From an uncultured Nitrospirales bacterium (lineage in GTDB: Bacteria > Hydrogenedentota > Hydrogenedentia > Hydrogenedentales > GCA-2746185), in assembly GCA_964620045.1 (NCBI GenBank), contig CAZUJL010000001.1, positions 522,592-586,591 on the forward strand: 64,000 bases of DNA. Direction: 5' to 3'. The notes under the pieces are model-generated. The model was not told the origin of the DNA. It ran no database searches and was given only the letters and a program-made list of their open reading frames with translations. This document shows, piece after piece, positions 38,621-47,769 of the stretch. Positions within the stretch are counted from its first letter, which is position 1; every line of letters begins with the position of its first letter. The translations under genes and the position numbers were made by a program.

Positions 38621-38789
38621 CGCAATCCTAACGCGTAGGCGATTTCCAGCACAGGTTTTTCTTTACAGGATTTCGGCTGAGGCATATACTCGACTGTACG
38701 GATTCGGCACGCGGCGGGTTGTAGCGTGCGGTGGGCTGTCGGGGGTCTGCGCAGCAAACCATGGGCTTCGCGGTTAACACAGAGGGGAT

Positions 38790-40463
38790 GTGTCTATGTT
38801 CACGAAACGGGTAGGGATAGGTATGTGCGCGGGCGCCTTGGCGCTGGCGCTCGCGGTATCGGTTGGTCCGCTGCGCGCGGTATGGGCAGATCTGGGACTC
38901 TCCGGCGTCATCGATGTGGAGATTACCGATCCGGAAGATGTCGAACTGAATGTGTTCACGCCGGACGCCGACGTGCCGGACTCGCTGGAAGTGGGTATCT
39001 CTTCAACCGTCAGCCCGGAAGTGCGCGGTGGGTTGAGTGTGGATGACATCGACTCGGTCGTGACGGCGCTGGGCGGCCAACTGGACAACGCCGGCGTGAT
39101 CACGGACGAACTGGACGACACCGAAGCCACGCTCGTAAACGAATTCGGCGACATCTCCGAATACGTCGCGGTGCTGGATTTGGCGGAGCTGGATTACGAA
39201 AACATCAGCCGGGGCAATATTTCCGGCCTGATTGCCGAAGACGTGATCCGCACCGTGGCCATCGTGGACGGGTACTACGAATCGCGCGACGTGCGCGACA
39301 TCGTTGAAGCCGACGCGATCGACGTGGCCGTGCAAATTCGTGATTCGGCCGATATCGACGAAGACGGCAACGGCCTTCCGGATGCGACCGCGCTGCTGGA
39401 GAACGACGACTTCATCCTGATCGGCCGAAACGGAACGATCACGATTGTAAAGAACATCGGATCGACCGGACGCGGCGTGACCGAAGCGGTCGTGGATCAT
39501 TATTACGAAAGCCAGTTCGGTCCGACGCTCGTGACCGTGGAATCGCCGACGCTCGAAGCGTTGCAGTTGGCGGACAATTCCTTCGATGCGTTCGATACGG
39601 CGCGCCTGATCATCACGATTTCGGAAGACTCGAGCGACTTGGTCGATGAGCCTTCGAGCTTCAGCCCGGTTGCGGATTTCGATCTCGTGGACAGCAACGA
39701 CGATCCGCTTCCCGCGCCAGAGAACCTCTTCGTGCGCGTCGTGATCGCGGTGACGGATGCCGCGCGCGGTTCGATTCCCGACTGGACCTTCGTCGGCGAC
39801 TTGCCGGGCGGGTTGGAACTGATCGGCGAACTGAGCGGCCCTGGCATCGCCGAGAGCCTGGAAGACGGCACGGATGTGGATGCGTATTCCTACAGCCTCA
39901 CGATGGTGCAGGACAATGAGGAAATCACCGCCGAATCCGATAGTGACTCGGAGTGGGCGGAAGCCGATGATGTCAACGTGACCAACGAAGATACAGCGGA
40001 CGACGAAAACGATTCGCGCGACGTGGTCGAAGCCGATGACGGCGACGACACCGTGCGCGCGACCTTCCTGCTCGGCTCGGCGATCTTCGGCTCAAACGTG
40101 ACGCCGCGCGTGGGTGGCGGTGGCGGCGGTGGTGGTGGCAGCGGCTGCTTCATTGCGACCGCGGCCTACGGCACGCCGATGGCCTCCGAAATCCAGTCGC
40201 TGCGCGACGTGCGCGACGCGTACATGATGGATACGGCACTGGGTTCGGCGTTCGTCGATGCCTACTACCGCATCAGCCCGCCGATCGCGCGGATGGTGTC
40301 CGAATCCCCGGTGGCGAAGACCGCCGTGCGTGCGGCGTTGACGCCGGTGGTGACGGTCAGCGAATGGACGATGGAGTCGCCGGCGCTCGTGGCGATGGGC
40401 ATGATCGGTTCGATGTTGCTTGCGGCGGCCGCGGTGGCGCGCCTGCGACGCCGTGCGGTGTAA
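38790..40463 (+). CDS. Highly acidic secreted protein with a poly-Gly linker and a conserved Cys-containing C-terminal anchoring module (CFIATAAYG ... TM ... RLRRR)
   Basis: Signal peptide (AVWA|DL). Strongly acidic (Asp/Glu-rich) along its whole mature length. GGGGGGGGSGCFIATAAYGTPMASEIQSLRDVRD ... YYRISPPIA. Terminal TM helix followed by RLRRRAV. Confidence 0.6.
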   Translation: MSMFTKRVGIGMCAGALALALAVSVGPLRAVWADLGLSGVIDVEITDPEDVELNVFTPDADVPDSLEVGISSTVSPEVRGGLSVDDIDSVVTALGGQLDNAGVITDELDDTEATLVNEFGDISEYVAVLDLAELDYENISRGNISGLIAEDVIRTVAIVDGYYESRDVRDIVEADAIDVAVQIRDSADIDEDGNGLPDATALLENDDFILIGRNGTITIVKNIGSTGRGVTEAVVDHYYESQFGPTLVTVESPTLEALQLADNSFDAFDTARLIITISEDSSDLVDEPSSFSPVADFDLVDSNDDPLPAPENLFVRVVIAVTDAARGSIPDWTFVGDLPGGLELIGELSGPGIAESLEDGTDVDAYSYSLTMVQDNEEITAESDSDSEWAEADDVNVTNEDTADDENDSRDVVEADDGDDTVRATFLLGSAIFGSNVTPRVGGGGGGGGGSGCFIATAAYGTPMASEIQSLRDVRDAYMMDTALGSAFVDAYYRISPPIARMVSESPVAKTAVRAALTPVVTVSEWTMESPALVAMGMIGSMLLAAAAVARLRRRAV

Positions 40464-40504
40464 CGTCGAACCGCGATTGATACAATAAAAATCACTAACG
40501 CGGT

Positions 40505-40545
40505 GGCGTGGACTATAAAGTCCGCGCCGCCGCTTTTCTTTTGTC
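40505..40545 (+). terminator. Rho-independent terminator after the acidic-protein gene
   Basis: ggcgtggac-tataaa-gtccgcgcc then cgcttttcttttg. Confidence 0.5.
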
Positions 40546-40595
40546 TGGTATTGCAGACAATCTGCTAATTTTGCGGCGAATTGACAAGATATTTG

Positions 40596-40625
40596 TTGAC
40601 AACGATTTCCGCAAATCCTGATACT
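40596..40625 (+). promoter_or_regulatory. Sigma70-like promoter for the fliQ operon
   Basis: TTGACA, a 17-nt spacer, then TGATACT. A GGAG RBS lies 7 nt before the fliQ ATG. Confidence 0.35.
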
Positions 40626-40672
40626 GTTGGCGCGACCGGGGATTGGGGCTGACTCCCGGCGGAGATGCCGCC

Positions 40673-40942
40673 ATGACGATTGATGACGTCCTGTTTTTGG
40701 GACGCGACGCGATGATTGTGACGCTGCTCGTGTCCGCGCCCATGCTTCTGTCGGGGCTCGTGGTCGGCCTGATCATCAGCGTGTTCCAGTCGGTCACACA
40801 GATTCAGGAAATCACGCTGACCTTCGTGCCGAAAATCATCGTGGTGTTCGCCGCGTTCGTCATTTTCCTGCCGTGGATGAGCGAGACTCTGCTCGGATTC
40901 GTGGTGCCGTTGCTGGGGAACGCACACGAGTGGGCGCGCTAA
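40673..40942 (+). CDS. fliQ: Flagellar export apparatus protein FliQ
   Basis: MTIDDVLFLGRDAMIVTLLVSAPMLLSGLVVGLIISVFQSVTQIQEITLTFVPKI, a classic FliQ/SctS. The TTG-extended ORF was trimmed. Confidence 0.85.
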   Translation: MTIDDVLFLGRDAMIVTLLVSAPMLLSGLVVGLIISVFQSVTQIQEITLTFVPKIIVVFAAFVIFLPWMSETLLGFVVPLLGNAHEWAR

Positions 40943-40945
40943 CGA

Positions 40946-41716
40946 ATGGTGGCGGAGATTGAAATCCTCAAGCTGTTCATCCTCGTGATGGTGCGCTTTT
41001 CCGGTCTAATCGTGACGGCGCCCATCCTGAGTTCGAACAACTTTCCCGTGATGGGCAAGCTCGGCCTGATCGGCGGCCTCGCGATGGCGGTGACGCCCAC
41101 CCTACCGGCGCTCTCCACTCCCCTGCCGGCAGAGGCGATCCCATTCGCGATCGTGGCGCTGGGCGAACTTTTGGTGGGCATGGCGTTGGGGCTCGTGATG
41201 CAGATCGTGTTCGCGGCGATTCAAATCGCGGGCCAGGTAATGGACATGCAGTCGGGGTTTGGTCTGATCAACGTGTTTAATCCGGCCTTGGAAACACAGG
41301 TGCCGCTGTTTGGTTTTCTGTTCTTCATCATTGCCGTGCTGTACTTGCTCACGAGCTTTGGGCACCACATGATGATCCTGTCGCTGGTCTCGACCTTCGG
41401 CCGCGTACCCGTGGGCGGATTCGCGCCCGACACCTCGATGATGGGGCAGATGGCGGCGTGGGCCGGGCTGATGTTTAACGACGCGGTGCTGCTGGCCGCG
41501 CCAGTAGCGGGCGCGATGATGCTCGCCTACGTGACCATGGGCATCATGGGCCGCGCAGTGCCGCAGTTGAACCTTTTCGTAATCGGATTTCCGCTGACCA
41601 TCGCGGGCTCGCTCATCGTGGCCGCGTTGTCCATCGGGTACTACCTCGACCTGCTGGACAACATGTTCGGCGGGATGTTCCGCACCATTAACCAGATGAT
41701 CAACGGGCTGGGCTAA
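40946..41716 (+). CDS. fliR: Flagellar export apparatus protein FliR
   Basis: 256 aa with 6–7 TM helices, immediately after fliQ. Confidence 0.8.
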   Translation: MVAEIEILKLFILVMVRFSGLIVTAPILSSNNFPVMGKLGLIGGLAMAVTPTLPALSTPLPAEAIPFAIVALGELLVGMALGLVMQIVFAAIQIAGQVMDMQSGFGLINVFNPALETQVPLFGFLFFIIAVLYLLTSFGHHMMILSLVSTFGRVPVGGFAPDTSMMGQMAAWAGLMFNDAVLLAAPVAGAMMLAYVTMGIMGRAVPQLNLFVIGFPLTIAGSLIVAALSIGYYLDLLDNMFGGMFRTINQMINGLG

Positions 41717-41719
41717 GCA

Positions 41720-42814
41720 ATGGCCGACCAACCCGCGGGCGAAAAAACGTTACCGGCGTCGCAGCGCAAGCTGCAGATGGCGCGCGAGCGCGGGAACGTG
41801 GCCCGCAGCGGTGATCTGACGACCGGGGCACTGCTGCTCACCGCAGGCATCGCGCTGACGATCGTCGGCCCGATGGCCTTCAAGCAACTCCTCGGAATCA
41901 CGGCGCACTACTTCGGCGAGATCGATTCGCGCATCTATACCGTGGATGACATGCGCGTGTTGTCGATTCAGGCATTGCTGATGATGGCGCCGGCGGCATT
42001 GCCCCTGATGCTGATCCTCATGGGCATGGGCATTCTGATGAACGTGACGCAGTTCGGGATCGTATTTTCGAGCCAGGCCTTGCAACCGAAATTCGAGCGG
42101 CTCGATCCGATCAAGGGTTTCCAGCGCCTGTTCAGCCTGCGCTCGCTCGTGGAGCTGCTCAAATCCATCGTCAAGTTCGCCGCGATCGCCGCCGTCGTGT
42201 GGTTCGGTGTGCGCAACCGCCTGCCGGAACTGCTTGCGCTGATGGGCACGAACGCGTGGGGAGCCTCGGTGGGCACATGGAGCCTCGTGTGGGCCGTGTG
42301 GTGGCGCGTCGGCCTCACGATGCTCGCGATCGGAATTTTGGACTTCGCATTCCAGCGTTGGCAGTATTTGCAGGATCAGCGGATGACGCGCCAGGAAGCC
42401 GTCGAAGAGATGCGCCAATTGGAAGGCGATCCGCGGATTCGGCAGCGCGTCCGGCAGATTCAACGGCAGATGGCCATGCGCCGCATGATGGTGGATGTGC
42501 CGACGGCGGACGTGGTGATCACGAACCCAACGACATACGCCGTGGCGCTACGATACGAGGCGGATCGCATGCAGGCCCCCCGCGTGGTGGCGAAGGGCAT
42601 GCGGCTCGTGGCCGAGCGCATCCGCGAGACGGCGGTGAAGAACAATGTGCCGATCGTGGAGCGGCCGGAAGTGGCGCGGGCGTTGTATAAGGACGCGGAA
42701 ATCGGCGGCTTCGTGCCGGAGGGTTTGTTCCGCGCCGTGGCCGAAGTGTTGGCATATGTGTATCAAATCGATCGCCGGGCCGAGAAGTTGGCCGAGCGGC
42801 GTAAGACAGCCTAA
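41720..42814 (+). CDS. flhB: Flagellar export apparatus protein FlhB (autocleavage site reads NPTT)
   Basis: N-terminus ...LPASQRKLQMARERGNVARSGDL. Four TM helices. C-terminal domain has VVITNPTTYAVALRY where the canonical site is NPTH. Confidence 0.85.
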   Translation: MADQPAGEKTLPASQRKLQMARERGNVARSGDLTTGALLLTAGIALTIVGPMAFKQLLGITAHYFGEIDSRIYTVDDMRVLSIQALLMMAPAALPLMLILMGMGILMNVTQFGIVFSSQALQPKFERLDPIKGFQRLFSLRSLVELLKSIVKFAAIAAVVWFGVRNRLPELLALMGTNAWGASVGTWSLVWAVWWRVGLTMLAIGILDFAFQRWQYLQDQRMTRQEAVEEMRQLEGDPRIRQRVRQIQRQMAMRRMMVDVPTADVVITNPTTYAVALRYEADRMQAPRVVAKGMRLVAERIRETAVKNNVPIVERPEVARALYKDAEIGGFVPEGLFRAVAEVLAYVYQIDRRAEKLAERRKTA

Positions 42815-42830
42815 GAGGACGTAAACGAAG

Positions 42831-44909
42831 ATGGCGATTCCGGCCGAACGGATGCCGACGCAGCCGCGATTCCTGATGCGCAATCAGGACGTGGCGCTCG
42901 CGGTGTCTGTGGTCGCGATCCTCATGGTGCTCGTCATCCCCATCCCCACATGGATGCTGGACGTGTTGCTGTCGCTGAACATTTCCGCGTCGATCGTGGT
43001 GTTGCTGTCGACGATCTATCTGAAGAGCGCGGTGGAGTTTGCCGTGTTCCCCTCGTTGCTGCTGATGCTGACGCTGTTCCGGCTCAGCTTGAACGTGGCG
43101 GCGACACGCCTGATCCTCGCGCAGGCGGACGCCGGCTCCGTGATCAACGCCTTCGGCGGATTCGTGACCGCGGGCAGTCCCGTGGTCGGATTCATCATCT
43201 TCGCGATCCTGATCATCATCCAGTTCGTCGTGATCACGCGCGGTGCGGGACGCATCTCTGAAGTCGCCGCGCGGTTCACCTTGGACGCGATGCCCGGCAA
43301 GCAGATGGGTGTGGACGCCGACCTGAACGCGGGCCTCATCACCGAAGCACAGGCGCGCGAGCGGCGCTCGAAGATTGAGCGCGAGGCCGACTTCTACGGG
43401 GCCATGGACGGCGCCACGAAGTTCGTGCGCGGCGACGCGATCGCGGCCATCATCATCACGCTGGTCAACATCATCGGCGGCTTCATCATCGGCGTCGCCA
43501 TGCGCGGCATGAGCTTCCCGGATGCGCTGTCCACCTATACGCGCCTGACCGTGGGCGACGGCCTCGTGTCGCAGATCCCCGCGCTGATCATTTCCACGGC
43601 CGCCGCCATGATCGTGACGCGCGCCAGCTCAAACGAAAACCTCGGCGCCGACCTCACCGAGCAGCTCACGCGCTATCCGCGCGCCCTGATGAGCGCGGCC
43701 GCCATGCTGGCGCTAATCGGCATCGTGCCCGGCATGCCGCATCTCCCCTTCCTGATTGTCGCCGCCGCGCTCGGCGCGCTCGGCTGGCAGTCGCAGCGGA
43801 TGTCCGTGGAGCGCGTGCAGGTGGAAGCCGCCACAGCGCTGGAAGAGGCGAAAAAAGTCGAAGCGGCGCCGCCGAAAACCGAAGACTACCTTGTCGTCGA
43901 TACGCTGAAGATCGAATTGGGCTATGGCCTGATCGCGCTGGCGGACAAGAAACAAGGCGGCGATCTGCTCACGCGCATCCAGATTCTGCGGCAGCAGATC
44001 GCGAGCAAGCACGGGTTCATCGTGCCCGTGATCCGGATCGTGGACAACATGCGTCTGCGGCCGAACGAATACCGCGTGTTGCTGCGCGAGACCGAGATCG
44101 CGCGATACGAGATGCTGCCCGAGCACTACCTCGCCATGAACCCCGGCCTGGTGCGCGAAGAAATCGAGGGCGTGCCGACGACGGAGCCGGCCTTCGGCCT
44201 GCAGGCGATGTGGGTGCCGCGCCGGGATCGTGATCGCGCGGAGCGTCTCGGCTACACGATCGTGGAGCCGAGCGCCGTGCTCGCGACGCATCTCACCGAG
44301 TTGATCCTGTCGCACGCCGAAGAACTCGTGACGCGCGAAGACACGCAGGCGTTGCTGGACAATCTGAAATCGACGGCGAAAACCGTGGTGGCCGAATTGA
44401 TCCCGGCGCTCTTGTCGCTCGGCGAGCTGCAGAAGGTGATTCACAACCTGCTGCGCGAGCGCGTCTCCGTGCGAAACCTGCAGATCATCCTCGAGACACT
44501 GGCGGACTATGCCCCGCGCACCAAAGACACCGACATCCTCACCGAATACGTGCGCCATGCGCTGGCGCGGCAGATTTGCGCGGACTATAAGGACGAAGAG
44601 GGCGTGCTGCGCGTGGTCACCCTCTCCCCCACCCTGGAACAGGAGCTGAGCGAGGCCATTCAGAAAGCCGAGCCGGGCCGCTTCATTCCCGTGGACCCGG
44701 CCCGCGCGGACGCGATCGCGCAGGCCGCGGCGCGCGCCGTGCAGCCGATGGTGCGGGCGGGGTATGAAGGCATTGTGCTGACCTCGGCACAGGTGCGGCG
44801 GTATTTCCGGCGGATGGCGGAGAGCCGCACGCCGAAGATTGTGGTGATGTCGTATAACGAGGTCGACCCGGCCGTAAAACTCAATAGCGAGGGTACCGTC
44901 GCGCTATAA
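42831..44909 (+). CDS. flhA: Flagellar export apparatus protein FlhA
   Basis: 692 aa. N-terminal TM domain with the FHIPxG-region equivalents. Large cytoplasmic domain. Confidence 0.9.
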   Translation: MAIPAERMPTQPRFLMRNQDVALAVSVVAILMVLVIPIPTWMLDVLLSLNISASIVVLLSTIYLKSAVEFAVFPSLLLMLTLFRLSLNVAATRLILAQADAGSVINAFGGFVTAGSPVVGFIIFAILIIIQFVVITRGAGRISEVAARFTLDAMPGKQMGVDADLNAGLITEAQARERRSKIEREADFYGAMDGATKFVRGDAIAAIIITLVNIIGGFIIGVAMRGMSFPDALSTYTRLTVGDGLVSQIPALIISTAAAMIVTRASSNENLGADLTEQLTRYPRALMSAAAMLALIGIVPGMPHLPFLIVAAALGALGWQSQRMSVERVQVEAATALEEAKKVEAAPPKTEDYLVVDTLKIELGYGLIALADKKQGGDLLTRIQILRQQIASKHGFIVPVIRIVDNMRLRPNEYRVLLRETEIARYEMLPEHYLAMNPGLVREEIEGVPTTEPAFGLQAMWVPRRDRDRAERLGYTIVEPSAVLATHLTELILSHAEELVTREDTQALLDNLKSTAKTVVAELIPALLSLGELQKVIHNLLRERVSVRNLQIILETLADYAPRTKDTDILTEYVRHALARQICADYKDEEGVLRVVTLSPTLEQELSEAIQKAEPGRFIPVDPARADAIAQAAARAVQPMVRAGYEGIVLTSAQVRRYFRRMAESRTPKIVVMSYNEVDPAVKLNSEGTVAL

Positions 44910-44974
44910 CGCGGGCGAGGTACACCGGAACCCGAATAGGCTATTATAGGAGCCACGGGGGGAACCTCCAGGCC

Positions 44975-46369
44975 ATGCGCCAGCGCTTCCACAAATTTCG
45001 CGCGGGTACGCTCGACGAGGCGTATCTCGCCATGCGCGACAAGCTGGGCGACGAGGCCATCGTGGTGCGGACGGCGACGGTGCCGCACGGCGGGTGGCTC
45101 GGGCGGCTGATTGGACAAAAAGCAGTCGAGGTGACAGCTTCCGTGACGATTGATGACGACGGTCCCGTGCGCGCACGGCCGCTGAGCCCCGTGGAAAAGA
45201 AATACCGTAGCGGCGCATCGACTCCGGCCATGGCCTCCGCCAGTGAGTCCGTCGGCACCGACGCGACCGTGCGCGATACTGTGGACTTCTTCCGGAAAGT
45301 GGTGACCCAGGCCCAGCAAAAAGCGGGCATCGCCGGAGAAGATAAATCACGCGCCGCCACCGCGCCCACCGGCGCGCCGACGCCTCCGATCATGAACACC
45401 GGCAACGCCGTGCCGGCGGAGGTCATCCCCTTCGAAGCGCCGAAGCGCGCCGAGCCCGAGCCGCTTTCGCAAGAGGACATTCGCAAAGACCTGGCCGAAA
45501 TGCGCGAGATGCTCGGCATTTTGACGGCGGAGACGCCGGGCGCGGGACTCTCCCCGGAATTCGTGCCGCACTACCAGATGCTCATCAAGCAAGGCGTGTC
45601 GCGCAAGCGCGCGGCGGCGCTGGTGCAGGCGGCGGCGGGGCGCGGCGATCTGCGCGCGTTCCGCGATCCGCGCATCTTCCGCGAACGGTTGAAGATGGAA
45701 ATTCGCCGGCATGTGCAGGTGACGGGCGGCATCGCGCTCGAATCCGGAAAGCGCAAAGTGGTCGCGCTCGTGGGCGCGACGGGCGTCGGCAAAACGACAA
45801 ACCTCGCCAAGCTGGCGGCGCTGTATTCCGTGCAGGAACATGCGCGCGTGGGCGTGATCACGACAGACACCTACCGCGTCGCGGCGACGGACCAGTTGCA
45901 GGTCTACGCGAACATCATCAGCCTGGACATGAAAGTCGTGCATCAGGCGACGGAAATGCGCGCGGCCCTGCGGGCGTTTGCGGATCGCGATTTGGTGCTG
46001 GTGGATACGGCCGGCGGCAGCCCCTTCAACCGCGCGCAAATGACCGATGCGCGGGCGTTGGTGGAGGCAGCCGAGCCGGACGAAGTACATTTGCTGGTGA
46101 GCGCGAATGTGTCGCTAGAGGATCTGCGCGAGGTGGTCACGCATTTCTCGCTGCTGAAACCGAGCGCGCTGTTTTTCACGAAGTTGGATGAAACGCGCCG
46201 ATACGGGCAGTTGTTCAGCCTGGCGGCAGAGGCCGGCCTTCCGCTGAGTTATTTCAGCGTGGGCCAAAATGTACCCGACGACATCATGCCGGTAAGCGGC
46301 GGCACGGTGGCCAAACTCGTCGTGGACGGTGGGGACGACCTTGGCGGAACAAGCGCAAAATCTTCGTGA
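44975..46369 (+). CDS. flhF: Flagellar biosynthesis SRP-type GTPase FlhF
   Basis: G1 VALVGATGVGKTT; DTAG; NG-domain architecture. Confidence 0.85.
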   Translation: MRQRFHKFRAGTLDEAYLAMRDKLGDEAIVVRTATVPHGGWLGRLIGQKAVEVTASVTIDDDGPVRARPLSPVEKKYRSGASTPAMASASESVGTDATVRDTVDFFRKVVTQAQQKAGIAGEDKSRAATAPTGAPTPPIMNTGNAVPAEVIPFEAPKRAEPEPLSQEDIRKDLAEMREMLGILTAETPGAGLSPEFVPHYQMLIKQGVSRKRAAALVQAAAGRGDLRAFRDPRIFRERLKMEIRRHVQVTGGIALESGKRKVVALVGATGVGKTTNLAKLAALYSVQEHARVGVITTDTYRVAATDQLQVYANIISLDMKVVHQATEMRAALRAFADRDLVLVDTAGGSPFNRAQMTDARALVEAAEPDEVHLLVSANVSLEDLREVVTHFSLLKPSALFFTKLDETRRYGQLFSLAAEAGLPLSYFSVGQNVPDDIMPVSGGTVAKLVVDGGDDLGGTSAKSS

Positions 46370-47207
46370 ATTCGTCCGGAAGAACCAGGGCCTGGCGCGC
46401 GTCATCGCGGTGACGAGCGGCAAAGGCGGCGTTGGCAAGACGAACACGAGCGTCAATCTCTCGATCGCGCTGGCGCAAAAGGGCCAGCGGGTCGTGATCA
46501 TGGACGCCGACCTCGGGCTCGCGAACGTCGAAGTGTTGCTCGGGCTGAACTCGCTGTACAACCTGCAGCATGTCATCAGCGGCGAAAAAACCATGGCGCA
46601 GATCCTCGTGGAAGGCCCCGGCGGCATCGCCGTCGTGCCGGGCACGTCGGGTCTCGCGCGATTGGCCGACTTGTCCGAACAGGGCCGGCAGAATGTGATG
46701 GCGGGCCTGCGGCAGATGCAGGAGCGCGCGGATTTTGTCGTGGTGGACACGATGGCCGGTATCGGCAAGAGCGCGACGGCGTTTGTGCTCGCGGCGGATG
46801 AAGTGTTGCTGGTGTCCGCGCCGGAGCCGAGCTCGATCGTGGACGCGTACGCCATGCTGAAGACGATTTATCAGAAGCGCGACGACGCGATCGTGCGCCT
46901 GATCGCGAACATGGTCATGAACAAGAACCAGGCCTCGCTGGTGTATTCGAAACTCAGTGGCGCGGCGCAGCAGTACCTCGGACGCAAGCTGAGCTACCTC
47001 GGCATGGTGCCGCGCGACCCGCACGTAGGCCAGGCCGTCATGCAAAGCCATCCCTTTATGCTGCGTTATCCGTCCAGCCCGGCTGCGAAGAGCATCGAGG
47101 ACATCGCCGAGCGCCTGATCAGCCAGCGCGCGGTGACGCCCGGCACGGAAGGTTTCCTGCGGCGCTTCGCGCAGACGCTGGGCCTCGGCGGCGCGCGCAC
47201 GGCGTAA
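46329..47207 (+). CDS. flhG: MinD/ParA-family flagellar number regulator FlhG (FleN/YlxH)
   Basis: Deviant Walker A VTSGKGGVGKTNTSVNLS; follows flhF. Confidence 0.8.
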   Translation: MGTTLAEQAQNLREFVRKNQGLARVIAVTSGKGGVGKTNTSVNLSIALAQKGQRVVIMDADLGLANVEVLLGLNSLYNLQHVISGEKTMAQILVEGPGGIAVVPGTSGLARLADLSEQGRQNVMAGLRQMQERADFVVVDTMAGIGKSATAFVLAADEVLLVSAPEPSSIVDAYAMLKTIYQKRDDAIVRLIANMVMNKNQASLVYSKLSGAAQQYLGRKLSYLGMVPRDPHVGQAVMQSHPFMLRYPSSPAAKSIEDIAERLISQRAVTPGTEGFLRRFAQTLGLGGARTA

Positions 47208-47759
47208 ATGATCCGGCTAAACCTCGGGTGCGGGCGCGACTACCGGCCCGGATGGGTCAACGTCGATTTCAATAGCACCGTTCGCGCGGACGTGTATTCA
47301 ACGTTCACCGAGGGCCTGCCGTTCAAGGACAACTCCGTCGATCTGGTCGTGCTCGACAATGTGCTGGAGCACGTGCACCGAGATCGCTACTTCGCGTTTC
47401 TGGACGACGTCCACCGCGTGTGCAAACCGGGCGCGAGAATTCAGATCTGGGTGCCGCACGCGAGCGGCATGTGGGCGCTCAAGCACCCGACGCACTTCAA
47501 CTTCTTCGGCATCAGCAGCTTTTCGACCTTCCAGCCTGAGGCACAGTTCAACGGCGAACGCTACGGCGCGGCACGGTTCCATGTGCGCAGGGAGCGCCTG
47601 CTGTTCTTCCACCACAAGCTGATCAACGCGATGTTCCTGAGCCGCCTGCCGATCAACGGCCTCTTCAACTTCGGCGGCGTGCTCTGGCAGGAACTGATGG
47701 AGCGATTCCAGTTCTTCGGTTTCGACGAAATTTATTTCGAGCTGGAAGTGGCGAAGTAA
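47208..47759 (+). CDS. Class-I SAM-dependent methyltransferase (Methyltransf_11/23-like), last gene of the flagellar export operon
   Basis: Its ATG directly abuts the flhG TAA. Motif VVLDNVLEHV ... RVCKPGARIQIWVP. Confidence 0.65.
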   Translation: MIRLNLGCGRDYRPGWVNVDFNSTVRADVYSTFTEGLPFKDNSVDLVVLDNVLEHVHRDRYFAFLDDVHRVCKPGARIQIWVPHASGMWALKHPTHFNFFGISSFSTFQPEAQFNGERYGAARFHVRRERLLFFHHKLINAMFLSRLPINGLFNFGGVLWQELMERFQFFGFDEIYFELEVAK

Positions 47760-47769
47760 CGTTCACGCT

